The notes under the pieces are model-generated. The model ran no database searches. It was not told where the DNA came from and was given only the letters and a program-made list of their open reading frames with translations. From Candidatus Latescibacterota bacterium (GTDB lineage: Bacteria; Latescibacterota; UBA2968; UBA8231), in assembly GCA_965206595.1 (NCBI GenBank), contig OZ242214.1, positions 3,808,001-3,872,000 of the forward strand: a stretch of DNA of 64,000 bases. The letters are read 5' to 3'. The position numbers were made by a program, and so were the translations under genes. This document shows, in pieces, positions 37,356 through 47,181 of this stretch. The number at the start of each line of letters is the position of its first letter. Position 1 is the stretch's first letter.

Positions 37356-38596
37356 AGGTCACCGCCATAGACATTCACCGGGTCACGCTTCCGTACGACG
37401 AGGCCAGGGCCTACGAGCTCCTCCACTACCACGACCTGACGCAGCGCACGATTTACGTCGTCCACACCGACAATGGGCTGGTCGGCCTGGGCGAAAGCGA
37501 GAGACCGGAAAAACAGGAGGTGTTGGACCAGTACATCGGCTCGAACCCCTTCGACTGGGTAGGAGACGAGAGCTCCCTGGGATTGGGAACGGCGATGTAC
37601 GACCTCATGGGCAAAGCCGCAGGTGTGCCGGTGTACAAGCTCTTCGGCCAGAAGTACCGCTCCTGGGTGGCCGTGGCCGCCTGGACCGTGAGCACCCATC
37701 CGGAGCGCATGGCACGAGCCGTGCAGGCGTTCGCCGAACAGGGCCATACCTGGATGAAGTTCCACTTGTCCCCCTTCGAGAATGTCATCGACCAGACCGA
37801 GGCGATGCAGGCGGTGGCGCCGAAAGGTTTCAGGCTTCACTACGACTTCACCATGCACGGCACCGAAGACCACATGCCCGGATTGCTGGACAAGCTGTCG
37901 GAATACGGAATTGCCGGCTGCTTCGAGGATCCGCTGCCGGGCGAGGACATCGACGGCTACATGGAATTGCGGCAGCGGTCGCGCCTGCCGATCGTCCTGC
38001 ACCACTTCCCGACGGCGGCGACCTACGAGATCTTTCGCAGACCTGCCGACGCCTACATGCTGGGGCATTCGAGGATCGGCGACGCCGTGCGCCGGGCAGG
38101 CTTGTTCGCCGCCGGCGGCAGCCCTTTCATGCTGCAGAATACGGGCAGCGACATCACGCGCGCCATGACCGTCCACATGATGGCCGCCTTTCCTTCGGCG
38201 ACCTTCCACTTCATCAACGCCATTCCCGAAGTTTCGCGCGAGCGCTTCGTCACCGAGCCCCTGAATCCGGTCAACGGCTTCGTTCGCGTGCCGGAGCAGC
38301 CCGGCCTGGGTATCGAGCTGGATATGAAAGAGGTAGAGCGCCTCGAGCGGATCGAGCCGATAGCGAAACCGAAATTCATCCTCGTCTGCAGATACGACAA
38401 CGGCACGGCGTTTTATACCCGCCCGGATCCCCACAACCCGCACTTCATGGTGCGCCCGGACTGGAGCCGTTCGCTGATGCCCGTGAGCTTCGCGGCACCC
38501 TTGAAAACCGAGTACTGGGATGACGACGGGTCCGAAGATTTCGCCGCCATGATGACGAGAATCGAGCGGGACGGAGGCGTGCTGGAGGCGCGGTGA
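37352..38596 (+). CDS. Mandelate racemase/muconate lactonizing enzyme family protein
   Basis: VHTDNGLVGLGE, AMYDLMGKAAGVPVYKLFG, MKFH, FEDP, PEQPGLGIELD. Confidence 0.85.
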   Translation: MKVTAIDIHRVTLPYDEARAYELLHYHDLTQRTIYVVHTDNGLVGLGESERPEKQEVLDQYIGSNPFDWVGDESSLGLGTAMYDLMGKAAGVPVYKLFGQKYRSWVAVAAWTVSTHPERMARAVQAFAEQGHTWMKFHLSPFENVIDQTEAMQAVAPKGFRLHYDFTMHGTEDHMPGLLDKLSEYGIAGCFEDPLPGEDIDGYMELRQRSRLPIVLHHFPTAATYEIFRRPADAYMLGHSRIGDAVRRAGLFAAGGSPFMLQNTGSDITRAMTVHMMAAFPSATFHFINAIPEVSRERFVTEPLNPVNGFVRVPEQPGLGIELDMKEVERLERIEPIAKPKFILVCRYDNGTAFYTRPDPHNPHFMVRPDWSRSLMPVSFAAPLKTEYWDDDGSEDFAAMMTRIERDGGVLEAR

Positions 38597-38600
38597 CAGA

Positions 38601-39503
38601 ATGAAAGACCTCCGGGCCATGCGGGTCACCCACAGCTTCACCGACGACAGTGCAAGCATTCGCATCGAGGGGCTCCCCCGCCCGGTGCGGATGCTGCACC
38701 TGACCGACACGCACCTGCAGTTTTTCGACGAGCGCGACGGCGAGAACTACGACGCCTGTGTCGATTACTGCGGGCGCTATGCGAAAATGAACGAGAAGCA
38801 GGGCACCTCCTGGGTGCCGGGGGATGCGTTCCGCCAGCACCTGGCGCAGGCGGCCAGGGAAAACCTCGACTTGCTGGCGCTGACCGGGGACATCGTTCAC
38901 TTCCCCTCGCCCGCCTCGGTCGATTTCGTCCTCGAGCAGATCGACGCCCTCGGCGTGCCCGCCATGTATACCTGCGGCAACCACGACGTGCACTACACCA
39001 ACGAGCCGGTCAATGACGAGGTGCGGCGGCGGCGATTGGCCGCTCTGCAGCCGTTGCACAACGGCGATCCGGACTGTGCGGCCCGCGATATCGGCGGCAT
39101 TCGATTCGTCGCGATCGACAACGCCGTGCCCCGGATCTCACGCAAGCAGGTCGACTTCATGCAGGCGCAGCTGCAGGCGGGCTTGCCGACCGTCCTGCTG
39201 ACTCATTGGCCTCTGAGCCTGCCGACATTGCGCGATCCCGTCATCGACGAACTGGGGTCGCCGCCGATGATGGGCGATCCGGACTGGCCGTCGGAGAGCC
39301 GGATTTCATGGCAGGTCGGTGAGGACACGCCCGAGACCCTCGAGTTCGTCCATTCGGTGACAACGGCGCCCAACCTGGCGGCCGTGTTCTGCGGCCACGT
39401 GCACATCCCCCACGCTGACGCCATCAACACGCGTGCCGTCCAGTATGTGGGCCGTCCGGGGTTCGAAGGCGGCCGCCGTCTGGTCGAATTCAGGCCTCTG
39501 TAA
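38601..39503 (+). CDS. Calcineurin-like metallophosphoesterase
   Basis: LTDTH, TGD, GNHD, LTH, GHVH motifs. Confidence 0.9.
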   Translation: MKDLRAMRVTHSFTDDSASIRIEGLPRPVRMLHLTDTHLQFFDERDGENYDACVDYCGRYAKMNEKQGTSWVPGDAFRQHLAQAARENLDLLALTGDIVHFPSPASVDFVLEQIDALGVPAMYTCGNHDVHYTNEPVNDEVRRRRLAALQPLHNGDPDCAARDIGGIRFVAIDNAVPRISRKQVDFMQAQLQAGLPTVLLTHWPLSLPTLRDPVIDELGSPPMMGDPDWPSESRISWQVGEDTPETLEFVHSVTTAPNLAAVFCGHVHIPHADAINTRAVQYVGRPGFEGGRRLVEFRPL

Positions 39504-39518
39504 CAGGCATCCGGGTCT

Positions 39519-40358
39519 TCAGACCAGATCCCTGTCGGGGCGAGGGGGGTTGCCCCAGTGGTTGTCGGGATCTTCCCCGTTGATGACGACCCCCTCGGCA
39601 GCCCAACCGAATCCCGGCACCTCCCGCACATCGATAGCGCAATAGCGCAGGGTCAGACCGCACCGCCTGCGCCTCGAGCGATTGGCCCGGGAGCCGTGCA
39701 GAAGAAGGTCGGAGTGCATGGAAATTTCACCCGCCCTGAGCTCGACATCGACACACTCGCCGTAGCGCTCGACATCCAGGGCGACCTGGTTGAACAGGTT
39801 GTTCTCCCCTTCCCCGCTCAACCGGTAATCGATATGGCCGTGGAGATGGGAGCCGGCGATGAAGCGCATGCAGGAATTCTCCCTGTCCGCATCGTCGACG
39901 GCGAGCCAGATCGTCACCGTTTTCGACGGCGTCAGCGGCCAGTGACTGGCGTCCTGATGCCAGGAAATGTCGACGGGATCGCGGGGCAGCCTGCAGAAGA
40001 ACTGGGACGCCAGGCCGACGATCTCTTCGCCGAGGACATCCTGCGCGCAAGCGACGATGCGCGGGTGCCTCATCAAGTCGTACACCCTGGCTGACCGCAG
40101 GTGGGCGGAAGAGATGGAATAGCTGCTCCCCCCGTTGGCCATGGCCTTCGCCAACAGGCGGTCTAAGTCCTGCCGGTGCCCGGCGATTTCGCCGCTGTCG
40201 AAGATCGGCACGCCCTTGACATAGCCGTCCCTGTTGAAGGACTCGATCTGTTCGGGAGTGAGCACCGAAGGACTCTGCGTCGCGCTCGGATAGAACCGCA
40301 GGTCCCGATCCATGGCCCGCAGCTGCTCCGGGGTCGGACCCGTCTTGAAGGTCCGCAT
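39519..40358 (-). CDS. Phytanoyl-CoA dioxygenase (PhyH) family Fe/2OG enzyme
   Basis: WHQD, TIWLAVDD, IAGSH, LLHGS..N.S.RRR. Confidence 0.9.
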   Translation of the reverse strand: MRTFKTGPTPEQLRAMDRDLRFYPSATQSPSVLTPEQIESFNRDGYVKGVPIFDSGEIAGHRQDLDRLLAKAMANGGSSYSISSAHLRSARVYDLMRHPRIVACAQDVLGEEIVGLASQFFCRLPRDPVDISWHQDASHWPLTPSKTVTIWLAVDDADRENSCMRFIAGSHLHGHIDYRLSGEGENNLFNQVALDVERYGECVDVELRAGEISMHSDLLLHGSRANRSRRRRCGLTLRYCAIDVREVPGFGWAAEGVVINGEDPDNHWGNPPRPDRDLV

Positions 40359-40371
40359 CAGTCGCGCCCCT

Positions 40372-41379
40372 TCATTTAATAAGCTCTCCCAGCCTCGGCG
40401 GGCGCACCCCCTTGAACATGCGGTCGTCGGTCACGCTCCCGTTGTGCTGCGCCAGCCGCTTGTAGCCGTTGGGGCCGGTGATGGGCTCGAGCCCGAACAA
40501 CTGCCGGCGCTCCGGGGTATTCAGCTGGCCTGCAGCCTCCAGGGCCACCGCGGCCTCCACCGTCACCCCGGGCTGCTTCTGGTAGAATGGACAGTAGAGG
40601 GTCACCACCGCCCAGCGGTCGCGGTCGCCGCTATTGGGCAACGTCGTGTGCCAGAGCCGGGTGTTGAAGAGAAAGGCGCTGCCGGCCCTTACTTCAGCCG
40701 CCACCATGCCCGGCATGTCGCGCTGGTCCCGCACTTTCGTCGCCTGATGCTCGCCTCCTCCCATGCCCTTGTATTCCAGGTGGTCGGGCTCGTGCTCCCA
40801 CAGGTGCGATCCCGGGACGCAGGCCGTGCAGCCGTCGTCCGCACCGACGTCGGTGAGGTAGACGAGGACCTTGGTGTTGAGCGGGCGTCCCAGATAGCGC
40901 CATTCCGGCTCGTTGCGGTGATCCCGGTGCCAGTTGACGTAGCCGCCTTCCTCCTGCGCGTCCTGCGCTGACTGCGGCTCCAGGACCCGCACCTGTATCG
41001 TCGCCGTCTGCACGTCGTCGCCGACCGTGGCCCTCAGGAAAGGCCAGAGCCGGGGATGGGCGATCATCTCCACGCAGGCCTCGTCCTGCTCGAGGAGATG
41101 GAGGGGGTAGATGTCGAAGTACTTTCTCCCGTGAAAGGTGCCGGAAGCGAAATACTCCCCGTTTCCCGAAATCCCCTCGCCCTTCGCCCGGCCCGCTTCC
41201 CAGTCGAGGCGGGTCACGGCCTGCGCCCTGTCGAATGCGGCCTGCACGCGGGCGAGCTCCTCGCCCTGCAGCACATCTTCGATGATCGTGAAGCCGTCGC
41301 GTTTGTACGCCTCGACCCGGTCTTCGAGAGGAGTCGCCGCAGCCGGCGCGCCCGATGCGGTGTCAGTCAGTGTTGTCAT
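40372..41379 (-). CDS. PhyH family Fe/2OG dioxygenase
   Basis: YKRDGF, WHRD, YLTDV, VPGSH, LWH...N...DR. Confidence 0.88.
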   Translation of the reverse strand: MTTLTDTASGAPAAATPLEDRVEAYKRDGFTIIEDVLQGEELARVQAAFDRAQAVTRLDWEAGRAKGEGISGNGEYFASGTFHGRKYFDIYPLHLLEQDEACVEMIAHPRLWPFLRATVGDDVQTATIQVRVLEPQSAQDAQEEGGYVNWHRDHRNEPEWRYLGRPLNTKVLVYLTDVGADDGCTACVPGSHLWEHEPDHLEYKGMGGGEHQATKVRDQRDMPGMVAAEVRAGSAFLFNTRLWHTTLPNSGDRDRWAVVTLYCPFYQKQPGVTVEAAVALEAAGQLNTPERRQLFGLEPITGPNGYKRLAQHNGSVTDDRMFKGVRPPRLGELIK

Positions 41380-41475
41380 ACCCGATCGATCTCCCGTGAA
41401 ACCGTTGTGCGCTCTGTGTCGATATCGGGGCAATATAACCATGCCGTCGCGAGAGGCATCGACGTCGGCGGGGTC

Positions 41476-43548
41476 TCACCCTTCGCGGCGCAGATGGATC
41501 ACGCTCATGCCATGGACGATGAGGCGCGGAATCGCGAAACGGACCCGCGACCCGCTGCTCTCGTGCGCGAGCACGACCGGCTCCCGCATCTCGGGGTAGC
41601 GCCACTCCACGCGCTCGACCCGGTATCCGTCCGGGACCTCGCACCCTGCCTGCAACGGCCCCACCGGAATCGGGATTTCGATGGCCGCCTCCTCGTCCTG
41701 GCGGTAGTTGATCCAGTGGATGACCACGGCGCCGACGGTCTGCGGGCGCCAGGCCCGTACGCGCACGAACCAGGGAGCATCGGTGACCAGCCGGGGAGGG
41801 CCGGCGAGTCGTTCCAGCTCCTCGAGAAATCGCTGGCCGAAGTCGTCCTCTTCGAGCCGGGGAAAGATCGGCATCTGTTGCGGGATGCCCTTTATCGGCA
41901 CCGTCTCCGGCGTCCAGGGACCGTCGGGAATGTGCATGCTGCCGCCATCGCCACCCGCTTCGAAATGTCCGATCGACCCGGCCGCCGGTGGTTTGCGCCA
42001 CCCCTGCAGCAGCGGCGCTTCGTGCAGCGAGCCGTCGGCGTCGCGGCGGCCGCTCTTCCCGGTGAACACGAGACGGCCTCCTTCGCGGACGAACTGCTCC
42101 AGCCGCTCGCCCTCGGCGGCGCTCAATCTCTCCACTTCCGGCAGGATGAGCGTCTCGTAGCCGGCGGCGCGCTCGATCAGCTGCTCGTCGAGAATGATGT
42201 CGAAGAACCAGTGGCCGTCCTCCAGATGCTGACCCAACCGCTTGAGCGCGTCGAGGCAATCCATCTGCATCTGCATCTCGGCGCGCCTGGGGTAGACGAG
42301 GGCGACCTGGGACCACGGTGTCGCCGGGTGGAGGAACTCCTCGTGGTGGAACATGAAGCGCTGGTAGCGGATGACCGGGCCGTAGTAATCCTCGGGGGCG
42401 ACGTTGACGCTCTCTTCCTGCTCCAGCCGCGGCGGCCCGGCATGATAGGCCAGCGCCGTGCCGTGATGGGCCATGGCCTCGCCGGCCCATATGCGCCAGC
42501 GCTTGTAGTCGTACTTGTTGATGACGAAAGGCCGGCCGCGGCCGGCGGCATACATGAAACGGGACGGCAGGCCCATGTCGGCGAGGTAGCCCTGGGCGAG
42601 GGAACTGACCGCCTTGGAAGGCCCCTGGCTGTACCAGATGTAATCCTCTCCCCTGGCCCACAGCTCCCGGGGCAGCAGACAGCGCTCGTCGTGCGGCCGG
42701 AAGTCGTACTTGTGGTTCCACTGCGCCAGGAGCAGTCCCGGTTTGAGCGACCGACCGTATTCGATGAAGACTTCGTCGAAGGACTCCTTCCGCTTGAGGT
42801 CGGAGCCCTGGGCGAGAACGAGCTTCAGGCGGGCGGCCGCGGCCTCGCTGCAGCCGGGAGCGGCGGTGAGCGCGTCAGCTACCTGATCGAGGTCGGAGAC
42901 CCCGAAAATCTCCTCGATCTCCTCTTCCCCAAGGCGCGTCCCGAGATAGCTGCGCGCATAGTCCAGGCAGTACCGGCAGTGGCAGAGGGACTCGTAGTGA
43001 TGGGTGGCGTTGAAGCCGTCGAGCCCGACCTCGATGCCCTTGCGCACCATCGCCTTGAGAACCGCCAACCACTTCGGATTGCTCATGCAGCCGCGGTAGG
43101 TGCGGTAGGGGCGGCCTTCGATGACACGCCATCTGAGCGCTCCGTCCGCATCCCGTTGCAGGACCTCCCCGGCAGTCGCGCACGGGGGCGGACCCAGCAG
43201 ATCGTCCGTCCAGATCTGCGCCCACTTCTCGCCGAAAAGGCCGAGTGCCTCCTCGTGATTGCCGAAATGCATGGTCGTCGACAGTTGGCCGCTGACGCTG
43301 GCACCCGCTTCCCGTATCCGGGGGATGACCTCGGCCGCCATGTCGAGGTTTGCCCGCGCACTGGCCAGGGGCATCCCCGACCACGACGGTGCGATATTCT
43401 CGTCGCCGGCCAGGGAATAGAAGTCCGCTCCGAAGTTCCCCACCTGCACCAGTTGTATTCGCGCCCGGCGTACGTGATCGACGACCTGAGACGCGGTGGG
43501 CAGGGTCCAGTGTTCGATCATGCGGCCGATGCGACGGTATTCGTCCAT
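41476..43548 (-). CDS. Hypothetical GH-like protein with beta-galactosidase trimerization-type (GATase1-like) domain
   Basis: TIM-barrel-like N-terminus with CHCRYC; YETLILPEVERLS...LEQFVREGGRLVFTG; start taken at MDEYRR. Confidence 0.6.
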   Translation of the reverse strand: MDEYRRIGRMIEHWTLPTASQVVDHVRRARIQLVQVGNFGADFYSLAGDENIAPSWSGMPLASARANLDMAAEVIPRIREAGASVSGQLSTTMHFGNHEEALGLFGEKWAQIWTDDLLGPPPCATAGEVLQRDADGALRWRVIEGRPYRTYRGCMSNPKWLAVLKAMVRKGIEVGLDGFNATHHYESLCHCRYCLDYARSYLGTRLGEEEIEEIFGVSDLDQVADALTAAPGCSEAAAARLKLVLAQGSDLKRKESFDEVFIEYGRSLKPGLLLAQWNHKYDFRPHDERCLLPRELWARGEDYIWYSQGPSKAVSSLAQGYLADMGLPSRFMYAAGRGRPFVINKYDYKRWRIWAGEAMAHHGTALAYHAGPPRLEQEESVNVAPEDYYGPVIRYQRFMFHHEEFLHPATPWSQVALVYPRRAEMQMQMDCLDALKRLGQHLEDGHWFFDIILDEQLIERAAGYETLILPEVERLSAAEGERLEQFVREGGRLVFTGKSGRRDADGSLHEAPLLQGWRKPPAAGSIGHFEAGGDGGSMHIPDGPWTPETVPIKGIPQQMPIFPRLEEDDFGQRFLEELERLAGPPRLVTDAPWFVRVRAWRPQTVGAVVIHWINYRQDEEAAIEIPIPVGPLQAGCEVPDGYRVERVEWRYPEMREPVVLAHESSGSRVRFAIPRLIVHGMSVIHLRREG

Positions 43549-43720
43549 GTTGGCGATGCCTGCCTCTCTCCGTACTGGCGTTCGGGTTTTGTGGTTACCT
43601 TGTCGAAATCCGCGGCCGCGCTGTCTGTCCCGCTTCACTGAGCAGGGGCCCTTCCTCGGAGAGCGCAGCGGGATCGCTTGTCTCAGGCGAACGCCGTCAA
43701 CTATTGAAAGGTGAACGACC

Positions 43721-45163
43721 ATGCGACGCCACCGCACCATCTACTTCAACGACGCCCGTCACTACTACCTGTTCGTATACGATCCGCCGATGCGCCTGGA
43801 GGATGCCTGGGTGCCGGTCGACGAGGTGGCCGAAACCTCCGTCGACACCTTCAGCTATGGCGTCTCCCGTGCGGACGGCCTGTTCTACCCGTCAAAGGTC
43901 GGACTCCAATGGGGTTCCGACCGCAAGCCGTTCCGGAACGCCTACGAATGGCGCTGCTGGGAAAACATGCAGAGCCTCGCGGCGCGCGGACTCGATCCGC
44001 TCCAGGTCCTCGTCGACCGGGCCCACGAGAAGGGCATGGACTTCTTCGCCAGCCTGCGACTGGGGGGATATGGCGGCATGAACCCCGATCACAGCGTCGC
44101 CAACGGGGGCCGCGGATTCGTCCATGCCGAGGTGCGCGACCACCAGCGTGCCGTGGTTGAAGAGTTGGCCACGAGCTACGACACCGAAGCGGTAGAGCTC
44201 GATTTTTCCGCGGCGCCCGGCGGCTGCGCGCACTGTCTCAACCTTGACGAAGCGGGAGAGCAGGCCCATGTATTGACGGATTTCGTCCGCGACTGTGCTG
44301 CTACAGTCAGGGGCCGCTCCGGCGAGCCGGGACTGCTCGGAGCACGTGTCTACCCGACCCGAGAGCTCAACCGGCGCGCCGGATTCGAAGTCGAAACCTG
44401 GCTCGGGGAGGGCCTCGTCGATTTTGTCATACCGAGCTCCTACTCCTGTTTCGTCCTCGATTCCCAGATGCCGATCGCTTGGATCGTCGAGACAGCCCAT
44501 CGGAAGGAGATCTCCGTGTACGGCATCTTGCAGCCCTTTTTCCACGACGGGCGGCGCACCAACACCAATGTCGAGCACGCCACCCCGCAAAAGATGAGGG
44601 CCGCGGCCTCCAACTTCTGGCAGGCCGGCGCAGACGGCTTGTGCACGTGGTTCATGGACTGGCCCCTGCGGGAGGCGGAGCGGAGCATCCTCACCGAGAT
44701 CGGCGACCCCGACCTGACCAGGGAGGGGAACAAGCATTACTTCCTGCGCCAGCGCGCCGAGAAGGAGGAAAGCTTCGACTACGGCGCCGAGTTGCCAGCG
44801 GCGATCGCCGCGGACCCGGAAGAGACGCACGAGATCTCCTTCACGGTCTCCGACGATCCGGGAAACGAACGTATCGGCCGCATGGCGTTGAAGATCAACG
44901 TTGCCGACCTCGTCCCCCCGGACCGGTTCGAGGTCAGCCTCAACGGCGTCTCCCTGGCGTCGGAGCCGTGCCGGCGCTCACCGCGATGGCACGACGCATT
45001 CACCGGCGTGTGGCTGGAGTTCACGCTCAACGAGGTGCGGCCTCGAAAAGGGGTGAACACGCTGCAATTTTCCTTGCGGGAGAGACCCACTGACTTCGGT
45101 GGGGAGATCAGGATCGACGACGTCGAGCTCATCGTCGAGTACGATTTGTACGCCGCGAGCTGA
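43721..45163 (+). CDS. GHL10-like protein (paralog of 35742-37355)
   Basis: IYFNDA, DPLQVLVDRAHEKG, FASLRL, YDTEAVELDF, WLGEGLVD, IDDVELIVEY. Confidence 0.65.
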   Translation: MRRHRTIYFNDARHYYLFVYDPPMRLEDAWVPVDEVAETSVDTFSYGVSRADGLFYPSKVGLQWGSDRKPFRNAYEWRCWENMQSLAARGLDPLQVLVDRAHEKGMDFFASLRLGGYGGMNPDHSVANGGRGFVHAEVRDHQRAVVEELATSYDTEAVELDFSAAPGGCAHCLNLDEAGEQAHVLTDFVRDCAATVRGRSGEPGLLGARVYPTRELNRRAGFEVETWLGEGLVDFVIPSSYSCFVLDSQMPIAWIVETAHRKEISVYGILQPFFHDGRRTNTNVEHATPQKMRAAASNFWQAGADGLCTWFMDWPLREAERSILTEIGDPDLTREGNKHYFLRQRAEKEESFDYGAELPAAIAADPEETHEISFTVSDDPGNERIGRMALKINVADLVPPDRFEVSLNGVSLASEPCRRSPRWHDAFTGVWLEFTLNEVRPRKGVNTLQFSLRERPTDFGGEIRIDDVELIVEYDLYAAS

Positions 45164-45191
45164 TCTTTGCGGGTTGCCGCGCGCAGCGGCG

Positions 45192-45455
45192 TGTTTCCGT
45201 ACGATGAGAAGCAACATCGAACCGATGAAAGACATCGCCAGAATGCTGCGGCGTCACCAAGAGCTCATCCTCAATTGGTTCAGGGCCAGGAAGCAGTTCA
45301 ACAACGGCATTGCCGAGGGCTTGAACCTGAAATGGAATCTGACGGTGAGAAAAGCATTCGGATTCTGCACCTTCAAGGCACTCCAAATCGCTTCATTCCA
45401 TCAGCTTGGCGATTTACCCGAGCCACAATTCACCCACGAATTCTACTGACGAGCC
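45192..45455 (+). mobile_element. ISL3-family transposase 3' remnant with right end
   Basis: RSNIEPMKDIARMLRRH..LILNWF...NGIAEGLN...RKAFGF...LGDLPEPQFTHEF; element ends ...TGACGAGCC (GGCTC terminus). Confidence 0.85.
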
Positions 45456-45477
45456 TTTTTTCAAAAGGAAACCAAAA

Positions 45478-45693
45478 ATGAAACACCTGATCGTACTGCT
45501 GATATGGGCAGCGGTAGCCTCAGCTCATAGCGGGGATCGCGTATACCCCATCTACGAGCTTACAGATGAAATGTTGGAGAACATAAACTTGCATGACGGA
45601 CTGATTGACGAATGGTATGAGATCGGCGAGCCCAGTATGACGCTACTGGATTTCAAGACCGTACAGGACTTCATTCCGGCTGATCCATCCAAT
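45478..45693 (+). pseudogene. Truncated copy of secreted paralog family (cf. 46168, 60948)
   Basis: MKHLIVLL...AHSGDRVYPIYELTDEML...DG.IDEWY..GEPSMTLLDF...DPS; homology stops at an ISKra4 fragment. Confidence 0.8.
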
Positions 45694-45695
45694 GT

Positions 45696-45907
45696 GGTCC
45701 CGTGGAGGCGGCTGCCAAGACCCTGGTCGGCCATCGACTCAAACGAAGCGGCATGCGCTGGAGGCGCGAAGGCGGACAGCAGATTCTCAACTTACGAATC
45801 CACGTGCAATCGAAACGATGGGAGGCTTTCTGGAACTGGTACTTGGTACCTTAAAAAGACTACCTCGCAACCCTACAGGATGGCTGCGTAAAAACGCGGC
45901 TACACCC
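45696..45907 (+). mobile_element. ISKra4-family transposase 3' remnant with right end
   Basis: Frame not in ORF track reads GPVEAAAKTLVGHRLKRSGMRWRREGGQQILNLR...RWEAFWNWY; 7-nt TGGTACY duplication shifts frame; ends TACACCC. Confidence 0.75.
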
Positions 45908-46066
45908 TTTACAAAGCTGCGGCCAGGGACTTCCGCTGGCGCCTTATCCCCCCCGGGGTAGAGTCATCGCCGTTTCAAGGCGAAGATTATCCCAACAAAC
46001 GGGATTGCCTACGCGCGATTGAAATAATGTAGAATTCCAAATACGCCCCCGTTTTGGACAGAACAA
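45908..46066 (+). pseudogene. YegP/DUF1508-family pseudogene
   Basis: YKAAARDFRWRL..G/RVIAVS/GEDYPNKRDCLRAIEIM* matches DUF1508 pattern (YKD..G.FRWRL...NG.IIA.SGEGY..K..C..AI); frameshifts and internal stop. Confidence 0.65.
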
Positions 46067-46167
46067 ACACAGGGGCGCCGCTTGCTGAAACGAGCAGGCC
46101 ATAGAAACGGGCGCCCCCGGGCGCAAACCCCGCCGCCGGGACAACCCATAACTTTCAGGAGACTGAG

Positions 46168-47115
46168 ATGCAACCCATACGATGTGCAGCCATGATCCTT
46201 GTTCTACTGGAAGGTATGTATGGTGCTTCTGCTGCTCATGTGGATGACCGGTTGTATCCCATTTACTATCTCACCGACGAGATGGTGGAGGGGATTCGGG
46301 TAGATGATGGAACGATAGATGAGTGGTACGAGCTAGTGGGCGAACCCAACCTGACGACACTCGACTGCTCAGACAAATACAGGAATTATCCTTACGATCC
46401 GTCCGACCTGGATTTCCGTATCTGGTTGGCGTGGCACGATAACCCGGCTCGTTTTTATGTGGCTTTCGTGGGAAGTGATGACCTCTACGAGAACGATCAC
46501 GACTATGAAGCAACCTTCCCGGACAACGTGATAAACGCTCATGACAGCATCGGTTTTGCCATCGACGCAGATCATGGCGGTGGACCGGGCTTTAAAGTAA
46601 ATACAGATCCGACCTGGGATCAGCGCCATGAGCATTTGGGACGTTCCCAGAGTTACGGTGCCATTGCCCGTACAGCCAGAGGTTCCACCTTGGACCAAGG
46701 AGCAATACGAACGCATGTGGGAACATCATGGACGACTCTCCCGCCTTATGGCGAAGGCGGAGGTGGCGTGTACGGAGAGAATCCTTACATCAGCGTGATT
46801 GAGGCATATGTCACGCCTTACGACAGTTGGGTGGGTTGGGAAGGAGAGGAGATGGAAATCAGCCAAATGACTGCAGGACAGGTTATCGGCTTTGGCGTCG
46901 TGGTGTACGACAAAGAAAACGTAGATAACACCTCTTCAGGGGAAGATTGGATGGCCCAGTGGACCCCTGGATCAACTCCTGACCCTGGCTTCTCTGGACC
47001 AGACAGATACGCGGATGGCCTTCTCCTGGGCCCCAATGGCCTCGTACCAAGTGACAGTGCCGTGGAAATGGATTCATGGGCCCGGATCAAAGCCTCCTTG
47101 CATGTTCCCAAATAG
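46168..47115 (+). CDS. Secreted protein (CBM9/DOMON-like sugar-binding fold suspected) with C-terminal SWxRIK tail
   Basis: Signal peptide; DG.IDEW, DLDFRIWLAWHD.PARFYVAF..SDD, IDADH.GG, GQVIGF; ends SAVEMDSWARIKASL; AGGAG RBS. Confidence 0.75.
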   Translation: MQPIRCAAMILVLLEGMYGASAAHVDDRLYPIYYLTDEMVEGIRVDDGTIDEWYELVGEPNLTTLDCSDKYRNYPYDPSDLDFRIWLAWHDNPARFYVAFVGSDDLYENDHDYEATFPDNVINAHDSIGFAIDADHGGGPGFKVNTDPTWDQRHEHLGRSQSYGAIARTARGSTLDQGAIRTHVGTSWTTLPPYGEGGGGVYGENPYISVIEAYVTPYDSWVGWEGEEMEISQMTAGQVIGFGVVVYDKENVDNTSSGEDWMAQWTPGSTPDPGFSGPDRYADGLLLGPNGLVPSDSAVEMDSWARIKASLHVPK

Positions 47116-47181
47116 GCAAACCGACTATGAGGCGGCGGATTTGGTCTTTCCGAGCCCTTCGCCTGATTTGCAGGGACGGGC

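Noticed and set aside
39519-40358. Possible SyrB2-like halogenase
   Set aside because: Has the canonical HQD carboxylate ligand, so hydroxylase-type
41056-43641. 861-aa plus-strand ORF
   Set aside because: Antisense shadow of the 41476-43548 gene
45406-45891. 161-aa ORF as an intact gene
   Set aside because: Chimera of ISL3 end, truncated secreted paralog and out-of-frame ISKra4 sequence
45478-47115. Diversity-generating retroelement for the paralog family
   Set aside because: No reverse transcriptase and no near-identical TR/VR pair with adenine-specific differences seen
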